This document shows, piece by piece, positions 54,375 to 64,000 of a stretch of 64,000 bases of DNA. Under the pieces are notes generated by a model, which made no database searches, had not been told where the DNA came from, and saw nothing but the letters and a program-made list of their open reading frames with translations. Location of the stretch: contig JBDHJS010000001.1 of NCBI GenBank assembly GCA_039586795.1, positions 128,001 to 192,000 on the forward strand. The letters run 5' to 3'. This DNA comes from Gemmatimonadota bacterium (GTDB taxonomy: Bacteria; Gemmatimonadota; Gemmatimonadetes; Palauibacterales; KS3-K002). The position numbers and the translations under genes were made by a program. How positions within the stretch are numbered: the stretch's first letter is position 1; every line of letters begins with the position of its first letter.

Positions 54375-55859
54375 ATGTCTGAGTCGCGCAATGACTCCGC
54401 CCAACCCGCCTATCGAACTCGCTGGATTATCGCCGGGCCGATCGTCTTCTTTTTCTTGCTGTTGGGGCCGCAGCCCGAAGGCGTGACGCCGCAAGGTCAA
54501 GCAACGCTGGCGATGGCGGGTTGGATGGCCGTCTGGTGGCTAACCGTGGCCATCCCCCTGGCGGTGACCGCGTTGCTGCCGCTCGTCTTGATCCCGGCCC
54601 TCGGGATCGGAACAGCGGCCGCCGCCGCCGGCCCGTACGCCAACCCGGTGATCTTCCTTTTCATGGGCGGTTTCTTCATCGCCGCCGCCATGCAGCGCTG
54701 GGATCTACACCGTCGTGTGGCGCTGGCCGTAGTCAGGCGGACCGGAACATCCCCGCGCCGTCTGGTTGCCGGCTTCATGATCGCCTGCGCGTTGTTGAGC
54801 ATGTGGATGTCGAACACGGCGGCAGTACTGATGATGATGCCGATCGGCATCGCGGTGTTGAGCCTGATACCCGCCGTGCCGACCGAAGGTAAGACGGGAT
54901 CGGAGCGGCTCGGCGTAGCGCTGATGCTCGGGATCGCCTATGCCGGCTCGATCGGCGGTGTATCAACGCTGATCGGTACGCCGCCCAACGCCGTTCTTGC
55001 CGGTCTGGCCGACGAACTGCTGGGCGTCGACGTATCGTTTGCCAGGTGGATGACCATCGGACTCCCGGTCAGCGCGGCGATGCTGATCGCATGTTGGGCG
55101 CTGCTCTGCTTCGTCCTGTATCGGCTACCGGGGCGATCGATCGCCGGCGCCGACGAGGTCATCGAGGCGGAGCGGGCGAAGTTAGGGCCGTGGCACTCGG
55201 CAGAACGGGCGACGGCCATCGTCTTCTTACTAGCGGCGCTGTCCTGGATTCTTCGATCGCCGAAGCAAATAGGCGTGATTACGATTCCCGGCATCCAGAC
55301 GCTGCTCCCGCAGGTCGGCGACTCGACGATCGCCATCGCTGCCGGGCTATTGCTCTTCTTGTGGCCTGCCCGAGACCGGTCGGGACGTAGAACACGCGTC
55401 CTTGACTGGGGAACGGCTGCGAGAATACCGTGGGACATCCTCGTGCTGTTCGGCGGCGGCCTCTCGCTTGCCTCCGCCTTCGCATCGACGGGGTTGACGG
55501 GGTGGCTGGGCGGGGAGCTCGCCGTAATGGCTGGCCTTCCAGACCTCCTGATATTAGCGGCCGTGGCGACGACCTTCGTGTTCCTTACCGAGATCACGTC
55601 GAACACGGCAACTGCCACTCTCGGACTGCCGGTTATGGCGGCACTCGGCCCGGCGGTGGGAGTGGAGCCGTTGGCTCTGATGGCGGCGGCGGCGATGGGA
55701 GCATCGATGGCCTTTATGCTGCCGGTCGCGACGCCTCCGAACGCCATAGTATTTGGGACCGGTTACATTCCGCCGGCTGAGATGCGGCGAACGGGTTTCT
55801 GGTTGAACTGGATCGGGATAATCGTGATTACCGCGGCGATAGGTATTGCTTTTGGGTGA
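54375..55859 (+). CDS. DASS/SLC13 family anion (dicarboxylate/sulfate) symporter
   Basis: SMWMSNTA, GTPPN, TEITSNTA and LPVATPPNA. Confidence 0.93.
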   Translation: MSESRNDSAQPAYRTRWIIAGPIVFFFLLLGPQPEGVTPQGQATLAMAGWMAVWWLTVAIPLAVTALLPLVLIPALGIGTAAAAAGPYANPVIFLFMGGFFIAAAMQRWDLHRRVALAVVRRTGTSPRRLVAGFMIACALLSMWMSNTAAVLMMMPIGIAVLSLIPAVPTEGKTGSERLGVALMLGIAYAGSIGGVSTLIGTPPNAVLAGLADELLGVDVSFARWMTIGLPVSAAMLIACWALLCFVLYRLPGRSIAGADEVIEAERAKLGPWHSAERATAIVFLLAALSWILRSPKQIGVITIPGIQTLLPQVGDSTIAIAAGLLLFLWPARDRSGRRTRVLDWGTAARIPWDILVLFGGGLSLASAFASTGLTGWLGGELAVMAGLPDLLILAAVATTFVFLTEITSNTATATLGLPVMAALGPAVGVEPLALMAAAAMGASMAFMLPVATPPNAIVFGTGYIPPAEMRRTGFWLNWIGIIVITAAIGIAFG

Positions 55860-55863
55860 CGTG

Positions 55864-56490
55864 ATGAGCGAAGCGACCGGCAGAATAGACGCCAGATTGC
55901 CTCTCGCGCTGCTGCGGGCGATACAACAACAGGATACGCCTCCGCAGTTGATGCCGGAGGAGAATCCCCAGCAATTCTTCCCCCATCGGCTGGGGCTGAG
56001 CGGCGTTGTCGACGTCCAGATCAGCGAGTTTCGAAGGCTGGCCAGGTTGCGTCGTAGCGTAGACCAAAAAAGGGTCGAGGCACTTCTCGAGCTCATCGCG
56101 CGCCGCTCGGATGCCAGCGACGTGTTCACCGATGCCGGTCGCCAGCTCGCCCGCTACCATTTTTCAGGTCCGCTCGGCGCCTTCCGGCGCCTCAGGCGTC
56201 GGCTGCCGCAGGCATTTCGCCGACGTGCCGCGCTGAAGGCGTTGCGAAAGGTACACCACGCCTTCTTGGTCGCCTCGCAGTCTTCCGTCCAGAATGATCC
56301 GATAGAAATCCACGCCACCGATGCGCTCACCGCGCGAGTCGGCGAGTACGGCGGCGCCTGCAAGATGTACGGCTCGCTAGCCGCGGGGCTGCTGGAGGCA
56401 TCGGGAGTCGGGCCGGTGCGGGTGACGCACTCGGAGTGTCAGCGGTTGGGGGCGAGGAAGTGTGTTTGGGTTGTCGAGGAGGGCAAGTAG
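55864..56490 (+). CDS. Hypothetical protein with C-terminal V4R-like motif
   Basis: AC...G....LL...HSECQRLGARKCVW matches the V4R Cys pattern. Confidence 0.7.
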   Translation: MSEATGRIDARLPLALLRAIQQQDTPPQLMPEENPQQFFPHRLGLSGVVDVQISEFRRLARLRRSVDQKRVEALLELIARRSDASDVFTDAGRQLARYHFSGPLGAFRRLRRRLPQAFRRRAALKALRKVHHAFLVASQSSVQNDPIEIHATDALTARVGEYGGACKMYGSLAAGLLEASGVGPVRVTHSECQRLGARKCVWVVEEGK

Positions 56491-56565
56491 GGAATGGGGA
56501 GTAGAGTGTAGCGGGTAGGGGGTAACTCTCAACTCCCCACCCCCTACGCCCAACCCACAACACTC
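56491..56565. repeat. Degenerate inverted heptamer array between convergent genes
   Basis: GGGAATG GGGAGTA GAGTGTA GCGGGTA GGGGGTA followed by ACTCTCA ACTCCCC ACCCCCT ACGCCCA ACCCACA. Confidence 0.6.
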
Positions 56566-57448
56566 AATGAAGCTCACTCGGCTCGACATGCACTACCACG
56601 TCGGCGAGCCCCAGCTCTCCCTCCAACCGCCGCTCTACTTCGTCAGCAATAATGTGGGCTTCCCGAACGTGTGTATCCGGACGAACCCGGACGGTTAGTT
56701 CCGCGAACCCTTCCCCGGGTCGACCGCGGGATCGGATACCAAAAACGCCTTCCACTCCATCGACAGAGGACGCTAGGGCCTGAATCTGGGCCGGGTCAAC
56801 GGCACGTTCATCGACGAGCACGGGGATCGTCATCTTGAGGATCTCCCAGCCGCTGTAGGCGACGACGCCGGCAACCAGGATGGCGAGCAAAGCGTCGGCC
56901 TGCTCGAAGCCGATTCGCACGAGGCCAAGACCGCCCAGCACGGCGAGGGTCACCCAGACGTCGGCCCCTGTGTGGCGCGCGTCCGCCATGAGCAGCTCGC
57001 TGCCCAACTGTTTGCCGCGTCGTCGCTCGAAGATGGCGATCGCCAGGTTCACCGGGACCGTGGCCGCCAGTATGATCATGGCCAGCGTATCGACCTCTGG
57101 TGGCGGCGCGCCTCTCAACAGCCTGGTGATCGCCGTCTTCAACAACTCGTAGCATGTCACGGATAGGAGGCCAGCGATGACGACGGCTCCTAACGTCTCG
57201 AACTTGCCGTGACCATAGGGGTGGCGTTCATCAGGGGGCGCGGCAGCGAAGTAGACAGCCGCCAGGGCGATGAGGTTATTGAGCGCGTCGGTCCCCGAGT
57301 GGGCCGCATCGCCGAGTACGGAGATCGAGCCCGTCATCAGGCCGACGCCGATTTTTACCGCAACCAGAGCGGCGTTGGCGAAGAAGATCCAGACGAGGAT
57401 CCTTCGCACTCGCTGTACCCGTACCTCGCCGCCGGCCACGGCCATCAT
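56564..57448 (-). CDS. Cation diffusion facilitator (FieF-like)
   Basis: DAAHSGTD, HPYGHGKFE, ADARHTGAD and VHVEP. Confidence 0.93.
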   Translation of the reverse strand: MMAVAGGEVRVQRVRRILVWIFFANAALVAVKIGVGLMTGSISVLGDAAHSGTDALNNLIALAAVYFAAAPPDERHPYGHGKFETLGAVVIAGLLSVTCYELLKTAITRLLRGAPPPEVDTLAMIILAATVPVNLAIAIFERRRGKQLGSELLMADARHTGADVWVTLAVLGGLGLVRIGFEQADALLAILVAGVVAYSGWEILKMTIPVLVDERAVDPAQIQALASSVDGVEGVFGIRSRGRPGEGFAELTVRVRPDTHVREAHIIADEVERRLEGELGLADVVVHVEPSELH

Positions 57449-57978
57449 TTTCGTCGGCGGCTGAACAGCCAGCCGCGCTGGATCGTGCGTGGCTCCTCGA
57501 CCGTCACGAAGGCGCTATCATCCCAGTGGCTCACCTCGTCGAGCACCTGTCGCAGCGCACGGCGCGGGACGACGGTCGAGATGATCTCGACCCGGCCTTC
57601 TCTGCCTCGGCCTAGCATCTCGGTCACGCCAAAACCGAGAGCTCGAAGCGCTTCCGCGATCTCTATCCCAGTCTCGCGTGATACGATCCGAACATCGGCA
57701 AGGCCCAGCGCCAGCTTCTCTTCGATGGTCATCCCGACGAATGTGCCCGCCGCAAATCCCGCCGCATAGCCGATCACCAGCCAGACCGAGTCGAGATTGC
57801 GGACGACGGTGCCCACGGCGACTATCCAGATCAGGATCTCTACGAAACCGAGAGCTGTCGCGAGCAGTTTGCGTCCTCGGACTGCACTGATCAGTCGGAA
57901 GGTGGCGATGGAGACATCGCAGATGCGTAATAAGAAAATGAGAAGCGGACCTACCGGTCCTGCCAAAAGTAGCTCCAT
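57445..57978 (-). CDS. UPF0316 (DUF5698/DUF2179) membrane protein
   Basis: RICDVSIATFR, GFVE, YAAGFAAG.FVG..IE and GFGVT. Confidence 0.88.
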   Translation of the reverse strand: MELLLAGPVGPLLIFLLRICDVSIATFRLISAVRGRKLLATALGFVEILIWIVAVGTVVRNLDSVWLVIGYAAGFAAGTFVGMTIEEKLALGLADVRIVSRETGIEIAEALRALGFGVTEMLGRGREGRVEIISTVVPRRALRQVLDEVSHWDDSAFVTVEEPRTIQRGWLFSRRRK

Positions 57979-58070
57979 TGCAGACTCGGTTCGAGCCGAC
58001 TTGCGTCGGGCGTGTTCAGGTGCGAGCAATATGATTCTAACTCGAACGGCCTACAAGACGAAGTAGGGGG

Positions 58071-59657
58071 ATGAACACGACACGAAAGCGGCTTCTCGCC
58101 CGCGAGCTTCCGGCCGCCTCAGGGTCTGGAACGACGACCGGGGCCATTGACGTCGATCTGGCAGTCAGCCGTGTTCGACTGATTGCGATGGCGATGACCG
58201 TGGTTTCGGTATTCGAGCTCCTTCTCGGCGTCCTCATCTACAAAATCGCGCCTGAGTTCTACTACGGGGGAGCCGAGGCCGGTATTCCGCTGAGCTTCCT
58301 GATGATACCGTTTTCGCTCGTCATCATCGCGCTGCTCTCGACCGAGCGAATCCCCAAGCCGGTCCGATTCGGCCTGGCCATCACCTACGTGCTGTCGATG
58401 GCCGTGCTGCTCTCGGCCGCTGAAGTCAGTACGGCTTGGTGGGTCGACGGTCGTCGGCACAGCGGCTTCCCTTGGGTGAGCGTTTGGATTCTGCTGGTTC
58501 TCATCGTCGTTTCCATCCCCTGGCGTAGAAACACGGGTCGCGCGCTCCTTCTGTCGGCCATCCCCCCGCTGACGCTGTTCAGCGGCATCAAGTGGTTCGG
58601 CGTACCTGAAGCTCCCGCCATCACCTACCTCGATTTCACGATTCCCTGCGTCCTCACAGCGGCGCTCGGCGTAGTCATATCCCGCATGATGTATCGATTG
58701 AGAAGACAGGCGCAGGAAGCGGAACGGCTTGGCAGCTATACGCTCGAAGAACAAATCGGCAGTGGCGGCATGGGCGAGGTCTGGCGCGCCAGCCACCGTA
58801 TGCTCGTGCGCCCCGCCGCGATCAAGCTGATTCGGCCGGAGAAGCTGAAAGAAGCGATGGGCGGAACGGCAATCGCGACAATCGATCGCTTCCACCTCGA
58901 AGCCCAGGCTACGGCCAGTCTTCGCTCACCACACACCGTCGAGCTTTACGACTTCGGGGTTTCCGATGACGGGACCTTCCATTACGTCATGGAGCTGTTG
59001 GATGGGCTCGACCTCGAGAAGCTTGTCAAACGATTCGGCCCGCTGCAGCCGGGTCGGGCCGCCTTCCTACTGGAGCAGGCCTGCGACTCACTGGCCGATG
59101 CCCACGCGAACGGTCTCATCCACCGCGACATCAAGCCGGCTAACCTCTATGCATGCCGCGTCGGACTGCAAACCGACTTCGTGAAGATACTCGACTTTGG
59201 CCTGGTCAAATGGACCGATACGGGCGGCGAGAGCCTCGCGCTGACTGCTGAGCAGGCCGTGATGGGGACGCCAGCGTTCCTGGCACCGGAAGTGGTCGCC
59301 GGCGAGCCCGCTGATCACCGTGCGGATATCTACAGCTTGGGCTGCGTTGGCTATTGGCTGGTTACCGGGCAGCTCCTCTATGAAGCGGAGGGCGCGCTGG
59401 CCATGGCCGTCGCCCACCTCAATAATGAGCCCGTACCGCCATCCGAACGATCGGAGGTTGAGATACCTGAGGAGTTCGAGGACATCATCATGGACTGTCT
59501 GGCCAAAGACCCCGCGGATCGACCTCAGACCGCAGCCGAGTTGGGTGCCCGCCTGTCCAGATGCGAATGTCGCGACTGGACGAGAAGCGACGCCCGCGAA
59601 TGGTGGGACACTCACCTTCCAGCTGACCAGATGCTCTGGCGTGATGAAACCGGGTGA
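58071..59657 (+). CDS. Hanks-type Ser/Thr protein kinase with N-terminal multi-TM sensor
   Basis: IGSGGMGEV, AIK, HRDIKPAN, DFG, GTPAFLAPE and DIYSLG; about 6 TM helices at the N-terminus. Confidence 0.93.
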   Translation: MNTTRKRLLARELPAASGSGTTTGAIDVDLAVSRVRLIAMAMTVVSVFELLLGVLIYKIAPEFYYGGAEAGIPLSFLMIPFSLVIIALLSTERIPKPVRFGLAITYVLSMAVLLSAAEVSTAWWVDGRRHSGFPWVSVWILLVLIVVSIPWRRNTGRALLLSAIPPLTLFSGIKWFGVPEAPAITYLDFTIPCVLTAALGVVISRMMYRLRRQAQEAERLGSYTLEEQIGSGGMGEVWRASHRMLVRPAAIKLIRPEKLKEAMGGTAIATIDRFHLEAQATASLRSPHTVELYDFGVSDDGTFHYVMELLDGLDLEKLVKRFGPLQPGRAAFLLEQACDSLADAHANGLIHRDIKPANLYACRVGLQTDFVKILDFGLVKWTDTGGESLALTAEQAVMGTPAFLAPEVVAGEPADHRADIYSLGCVGYWLVTGQLLYEAEGALAMAVAHLNNEPVPPSERSEVEIPEEFEDIIMDCLAKDPADRPQTAAELGARLSRCECRDWTRSDAREWWDTHLPADQMLWRDETG

Positions 59658-61359
59658 GCAGCTGAGCTTCGAGCTTCGCTCAATCGATGGGGCGGGCTAC
59701 GGCGCCTACAAACGCCTCGCCGGCGCCTACGACTTTCAAGATTTCACTCTACACATCGACTACGTGCAGGGCGACCCGTTCGCGACGCCCAGCCGCCTGC
59801 GCGCAGTCTTCTCATCAGACGTCGCATCCTTACCCGGTGATCTCATCAGTCACGATGTGCGCCGTGTCGCCGCCGCTGACTTCTTGAACCGACAACTGTC
59901 GACGGCGTTGTCCGGCGTGAGCAGGTCCCGCGGTACAGGTAAGAGCGGCATCGTTTGCATCCTGCGGCCGGGCCAATGCATCCTCGAGCGCACCAGTCTG
60001 CAGGTCACGGCGAGCGGTGATGTGATCGCGCGCTTCACAGCCGGCCTGCCGGCGAGCGGCCGACGCATCTTGGGGCGTCAGGCCGACGAGATGGTGACAT
60101 CGGCCATCCCGGGGGCTCTGCGCGACATCCTGGCCCCGGCTCTTGGGGATATCGACGCGATGCATCGCCACGCCGAACTGGCCGAGGACTCGGCTGCGCT
60201 CCGGAAACAACTCGACGGTCGCGGACTCGTCGCTTTCATTCGTGACGGAGCCATCTTGCCTCGTCTGAGCGGAGTGGACGATCGGCCGTTGCCGAGCGCC
60301 GATGCCATAGCCTTCCAGTCCCCGGACGACCTACGCGTCACGCTCAACACACCCAATCAGGGCGAGGTCCGTGGGCTGGGACTCCCGCGCGGGATCACGC
60401 TGATCGTCGGCGGAGGCTACCACGGGAAATCCACACTGCTCCGCGCCATCGAGTACGGCATCTACGAGCACATTGAAGGCGACGGGCGTGAGCTGTGCGT
60501 GACGACCGCAGACGCCGTGAAGATACGAGCGGAAGACGGGCGCTCCGTGGCCTCGGTGGACATCTCGAATTTCATCAGCGGGCTGCCGCGCGGCGAAGAT
60601 ACCGCTCACTTCACCACTCCCAACGCCAGCGGCTCCACCAGCCAGGCGGCGGCGATCTGCGAAGCGCTCGAGGTTGGTGCCCGATGCCTGCTCATCGATG
60701 AGGATACGAGCGCGACGAACTTCATGATCCGAGACGCTCGCATGCAGGCACTAATACATGACGCGGATGAGCCGATCACGCCGTTCATCGGCCGTGCCCG
60801 ACAGATGTACGAGGAGCTCGGCGTCTCGACGGTTCTGGTGGTAGGCGGCGCCGGCGACTACTTCGATGTCGCGGACACCGTGATCGGAATGCGCGCCTAC
60901 GTTCCGCAAAACCTAACGGCTGGAGCTGCCGACATCGCGGCGCGCCTCCGCACCGATCGCATCCACGAAGGCGGCCCCTGGTCAACGCTGCGACCGCGCT
61001 ACCCGGATCCTTCGAGCATCAAGACGCAGAAGGGCAGAAAACCGGTGTCGATCAAGGTACAGACGCCGACGCGCGTCCTGTTCGGCACGGAGGAGCTGGA
61101 CCTGGCAGCGCTTGAACAACTCGTGGAGGATGCGCAGGTCCGGGCCATTGCCCAGGCCATCGCTCACGCCATCGGCCGTCATATAGATGGACGCCGTACG
61201 TTTCGGGAATCGCTGGAGAGCTTGATGGTGAGTATCAGAGAGGACGGTCTCGACGCCATCGATGCGAGGCAGGTCGGCGATCACGCCGAGTTTCGCGTCT
61301 ACGAGTTGGCGGCTGCGCTGGGCAGGCTCAGGTCTTTAAGAGTGAGATCGGCTCCCTAG
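59644..61359 (+). CDS. ABC-ATPase domain protein (predicted ATPase, ABC_ATPase family)
   Basis: VQGDPFA.PSR, GGGYHGKSTLL, RAEDGR, ASGSTSQA and DEDTSATNFM. Confidence 0.88.
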   Translation: MKPGEQLSFELRSIDGAGYGAYKRLAGAYDFQDFTLHIDYVQGDPFATPSRLRAVFSSDVASLPGDLISHDVRRVAAADFLNRQLSTALSGVSRSRGTGKSGIVCILRPGQCILERTSLQVTASGDVIARFTAGLPASGRRILGRQADEMVTSAIPGALRDILAPALGDIDAMHRHAELAEDSAALRKQLDGRGLVAFIRDGAILPRLSGVDDRPLPSADAIAFQSPDDLRVTLNTPNQGEVRGLGLPRGITLIVGGGYHGKSTLLRAIEYGIYEHIEGDGRELCVTTADAVKIRAEDGRSVASVDISNFISGLPRGEDTAHFTTPNASGSTSQAAAICEALEVGARCLLIDEDTSATNFMIRDARMQALIHDADEPITPFIGRARQMYEELGVSTVLVVGGAGDYFDVADTVIGMRAYVPQNLTAGAADIAARLRTDRIHEGGPWSTLRPRYPDPSSIKTQKGRKPVSIKVQTPTRVLFGTEELDLAALEQLVEDAQVRAIAQAIAHAIGRHIDGRRTFRESLESLMVSIREDGLDAIDARQVGDHAEFRVYELAAALGRLRSLRVRSAP

Positions 61360-61631
61360 CGGCGCCCCAAACGCACTACGGGGCGCTTCTCTTCCTTATC
61401 CTCCTCGCCTTCCTTCCTGGGGACCATCAGCCGGCCCGTATCCCAGCCGCGAGACGGCGCTCCGCCCCGGAAGAACATCCGGTTTATCCACGTCGCCCGT
61501 AGCCGGTCTTCCGACTGCCACTGCGTCGGCTTCTTGGGGCCATTGGCACCGGGCATGCCGAGCCCGATCCAGATGCCCAAAGCGAACACGAGGACCGCGC
61601 CCGCAATCTTCGCAATCAGAATGATGTCCAT
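61356..61631 (-). CDS. Small single-TM hypothetical protein
   Basis: Hydrophobic N-terminal helix with charged tail; fills the gap downstream of the permease. Confidence 0.55.
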   Translation of the reverse strand: MDIILIAKIAGAVLVFALGIWIGLGMPGANGPKKPTQWQSEDRLRATWINRMFFRGGAPSRGWDTGRLMVPRKEGEEDKEEKRPVVRLGRR

Positions 61632-61687
61632 AGTTCTGATTACAAAGCTATGCAGGCGCCGGTTCCATCGGAAGGCATACGGGCAGC

Positions 61688-64000
61688 CTACTCCGAGCGC
61701 AGCGCCGCAATAGGATCGATGCGAGCCGCCCGCGACGCGGGCAGCGCGGCGGCTACCACAGAGACCAATAGCAACGTCAGACCAACGCCTATAAGCACCA
61801 ACGGGTCACGCGGCGATGTCTCATACAGAACCGGCTGCAGTGTACCCGCCGCAACGAAAGCGATAGCCAGGCCGATCGCCAGGCCAATCGCAGTGAGACT
61901 CAACGCCTGCCGCATAACCAGCTTCACGATTCCACCGCTTGAAGCGCCCAACGCCGTGCGCACGCCGATCTCGTGGGTGCGCTGGGCGATGTTGAATGCG
62001 AGCACGCTGAACAGACCGAGCCCCGCCACCAACAAGGCGAGCAGCCCGAAGACGGTGAACATCGTGGCGCCCAGTCGAAAGTACCGGAGCTTCGGGTCGA
62101 TGATATCCTGCAGCGGCGCGACCACGGCGTACCTGACAGCTTCGTCATCGGCCATCAGCTCGCGCCGCACCATGGCGGCCAGCTGATTCTGGTCGCCGGT
62201 ACCTCGAACGAAGAGTGCGACGGGCCAAAGATCATTGGCCTGGGTGAGGGGAATGAAGTAGACCCACTCCTGCCGCAGAAGATTGTGATGGCGACGGTTG
62301 GCGACCACACCCACGACGTACGTGCACTCCGCGTTGTCCGAGCCGATTTGCAGGCATTTGCCCAACGGATCTTCGTCACCCCATAGCCCGCGAGCCATCG
62401 CTTCGTTGACCACAGCCACCCTCATCGAACCCGCATAATCGGCTTCGCTGAAGTCGCGACCGCGCAGTACCGCCGACCCCATCGTCGCGAAATAGTCCGG
62501 CCACACCGCATCGATAAACGGGCCGGGTCGGGCCACCGAAGGCAGCGAATCGAAACCCGGCACGTACAGATCGGCGATCGATCCCCACATGAACGGGATG
62601 CCGCCACCAACGCTGGCTCTCTCTACTGCCGGCATCGCCCGCAGACGCTCCAAGCCCCGCTCATGGATGCGGTTCACTTCCTCCCTGGCGGGATCGCCAG
62701 CCTTGAGCTCGAGCCTCGCCACCAAGACGCCGTCCGGTACGAGACCCAAGTCGATCGATTCCGCACGCTGAAGACTTCGTACGACGAGTCCGGCACCGAC
62801 CAGCAACACGACCGACAGCGCCCCCTGGGCAACGAGCAACGCCAATCGTGTTCCCGAGCGGCGTGCACGACCCTCTCGCGCGCCCTCTTTAAGCTCGGAC
62901 GTCAGACTTGGTCGGCTGGCCTGCAACGCCGGGACCAATCCCGCCATCAATCCTGTGAGCAGCGCCAGCGCCGTGGTGAACACCAGCACCCGCGAATCGA
63001 CCGGTGAATCGACCCAGGCGACATCTGGCAGCAGAACGGTCCGCACGACCTCGCCGCCCCACCACGCGATCAATAGGGCGGCAGCGCCTCCGAACATGGC
63101 CAGCATCACGCTGTCGGTCAGCAGCTCGCCGATCAGGCGACGGCGCGAGATCCCCAGCGCTAGACGAACCGCGATCTCTTTCTTGCGACGCGCGGCTCGT
63201 GCGAGCAGCAGGTTCGCCACATTGGCGCACGCGATCAGCAGCACGACGAGTGAGACGCCCGCCAACCACCGCGAGACGATGGATTCCTGCGACGCCTGCG
63301 GACCCCGCGCCGTCTGGATCGGGCTCACCGCGATCCTGGCATCACCCCTGCCGTATCGTCCCGCATCGATCACCTCCGCTCGGCCTGCTCGATGAAGGTG
63401 CGTCGCCTCCGCCGCAGCGGCGGCGAGATCGACGCCGCTGTTCAGCCGAGCGATGATATGCAGCCAGTACGATGTGCGGCGGTCTCTGCGGTTATCGCTT
63501 CCCGCTTCGACGAAGAACGCTTCAAGTGGCAGCCATACGTCGACGGCATCGAGCTCCAATCCCGTGAAGCCCTCCGGCGCCACGCCGATAACCGTATAGC
63601 TCCCCCTCCCACAATCGAGCGCGCGGCCCAGAACGGAGGCGTCGCCACCGAACTGTCGTTGCCAGTAGCCGTAGCTGAGGACCGCGACCTGAGACTGGCC
63701 AGGCTGGTCCTCCGCCGGGCCATAGAACCGGCCCAGCTGAGGCTGAACGCCCAGAAGCTGGAAGAACGTTCCGCTGGCCAGCCCGACGCTTACACGCGCG
63801 GCACCATCGCCGCGACCAATCGTCCACTCGTCCTGGCTGTAAGCCGCTACTGACGCGAAGCTCTCCGCCGCTTGCCAATCCGTGAAGTCGGGGTACGACA
63901 GATACGTGAAATCGAACGCCTCTCCACTGTTCCAATGGCCATGCGCTGACAAACGCCGCACCTGACCCGCATCCGCCACGTGGGCTGGCGGTTGGAGAAG
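61688..64000 (-). CDS. ABC transporter permease, duplicated MacB/FtsX (ADOP-like); 5' truncated by window edge
   Basis: LLIACANVANL, EIAVRLALG, RTHEIGVRTALGA and PASRAARIDPIAALRSE; frame stays open to the window edge. Confidence 0.92.
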   Translation of the reverse strand, partial: LLQPPAHVADAGQVRRLSAHGHWNSGEAFDFTYLSYPDFTDWQAAESFASVAAYSQDEWTIGRGDGAARVSVGLASGTFFQLLGVQPQLGRFYGPAEDQPGQSQVAVLSYGYWQRQFGGDASVLGRALDCGRGSYTVIGVAPEGFTGLELDAVDVWLPLEAFFVEAGSDNRRDRRTSYWLHIIARLNSGVDLAAAAAEATHLHRAGRAEVIDAGRYGRGDARIAVSPIQTARGPQASQESIVSRWLAGVSLVVLLIACANVANLLLARAARRKKEIAVRLALGISRRRLIGELLTDSVMLAMFGGAAALLIAWWGGEVVRTVLLPDVAWVDSPVDSRVLVFTTALALLTGLMAGLVPALQASRPSLTSELKEGAREGRARRSGTRLALLVAQGALSVVLLVGAGLVVRSLQRAESIDLGLVPDGVLVARLELKAGDPAREEVNRIHERGLERLRAMPAVERASVGGGIPFMWGSIADLYVPGFDSLPSVARPGPFIDAVWPDYFATMGSAVLRGRDFSEADYAGSMRVAVVNEAMARGLWGDEDPLGKCLQIGSDNAECTYVVGVVANRRHHNLLRQEWVYFIPLTQANDLWPVALFVRGTGDQNQLAAMVRRELMADDEAVRYAVVAPLQDIIDPKLRYFRLGATMFTVFGLLALLVAGLGLFSVLAFNIAQRTHEIGVRTALGASSGGIVKLVMRQALSLTAIGLAIGLAIAFVAAGTLQPVLYETSPRDPLVLIGVGLTLLLVSVVAAALPASRAARIDPIAALRSE

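Noticed and set aside
59320..59643. N-terminal extension of the ABC-ATPase ORF
   Set aside because: It overlaps the kinase in another frame; family-like sequence starts near 59644.

Overview
GC-rich bacterial chromosome segment with about 55 protein-coding genes. The gene content suggests a Gemmatimonadota/FCB-related diderm, which is my inference and not proven. I found no rRNA, tRNA, CRISPR array, transposase or prophage. The main result is a ~15 kb redox island (36.2-51.2 kb) with 54 CxxCH heme motifs in six proteins: a 19-heme cytochrome c fused to a membrane cytochrome b (expanded CbcL-like), a tetraheme with two NapB-like modules, a four-domain cytochrome c, a 9-heme periplasmic cytochrome, and two tandem paralogous 9-heme lipoproteins. 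An outer-membrane beta-barrel is co-oriented with them. Together these look like a quinone-pool-to-cell-surface electron conduit (porin-cytochrome type), with hypABF and a ZIP transporter embedded in it. Other notable items: (1) a cohesin/dockerin/PorV-like secretion and anchoring trio; (2) a JAMM protease plus a Ubl-E1-rhodanese fusion preceded by a decayed cysteine synthase; (3) a second stand-alone ubiquitin-fold protein; (4) two probable pseudoenzymes (HisF-like and DEAD-box-like); (5) a terminator-containing leader upstream of the aminotransferase-serA operon; (6) a family of heptamer-periodic intergenic repeats. The remainder is housekeeping, peptidase and transporter genes. All functional calls come from motifs read by eye; no database searches were run.
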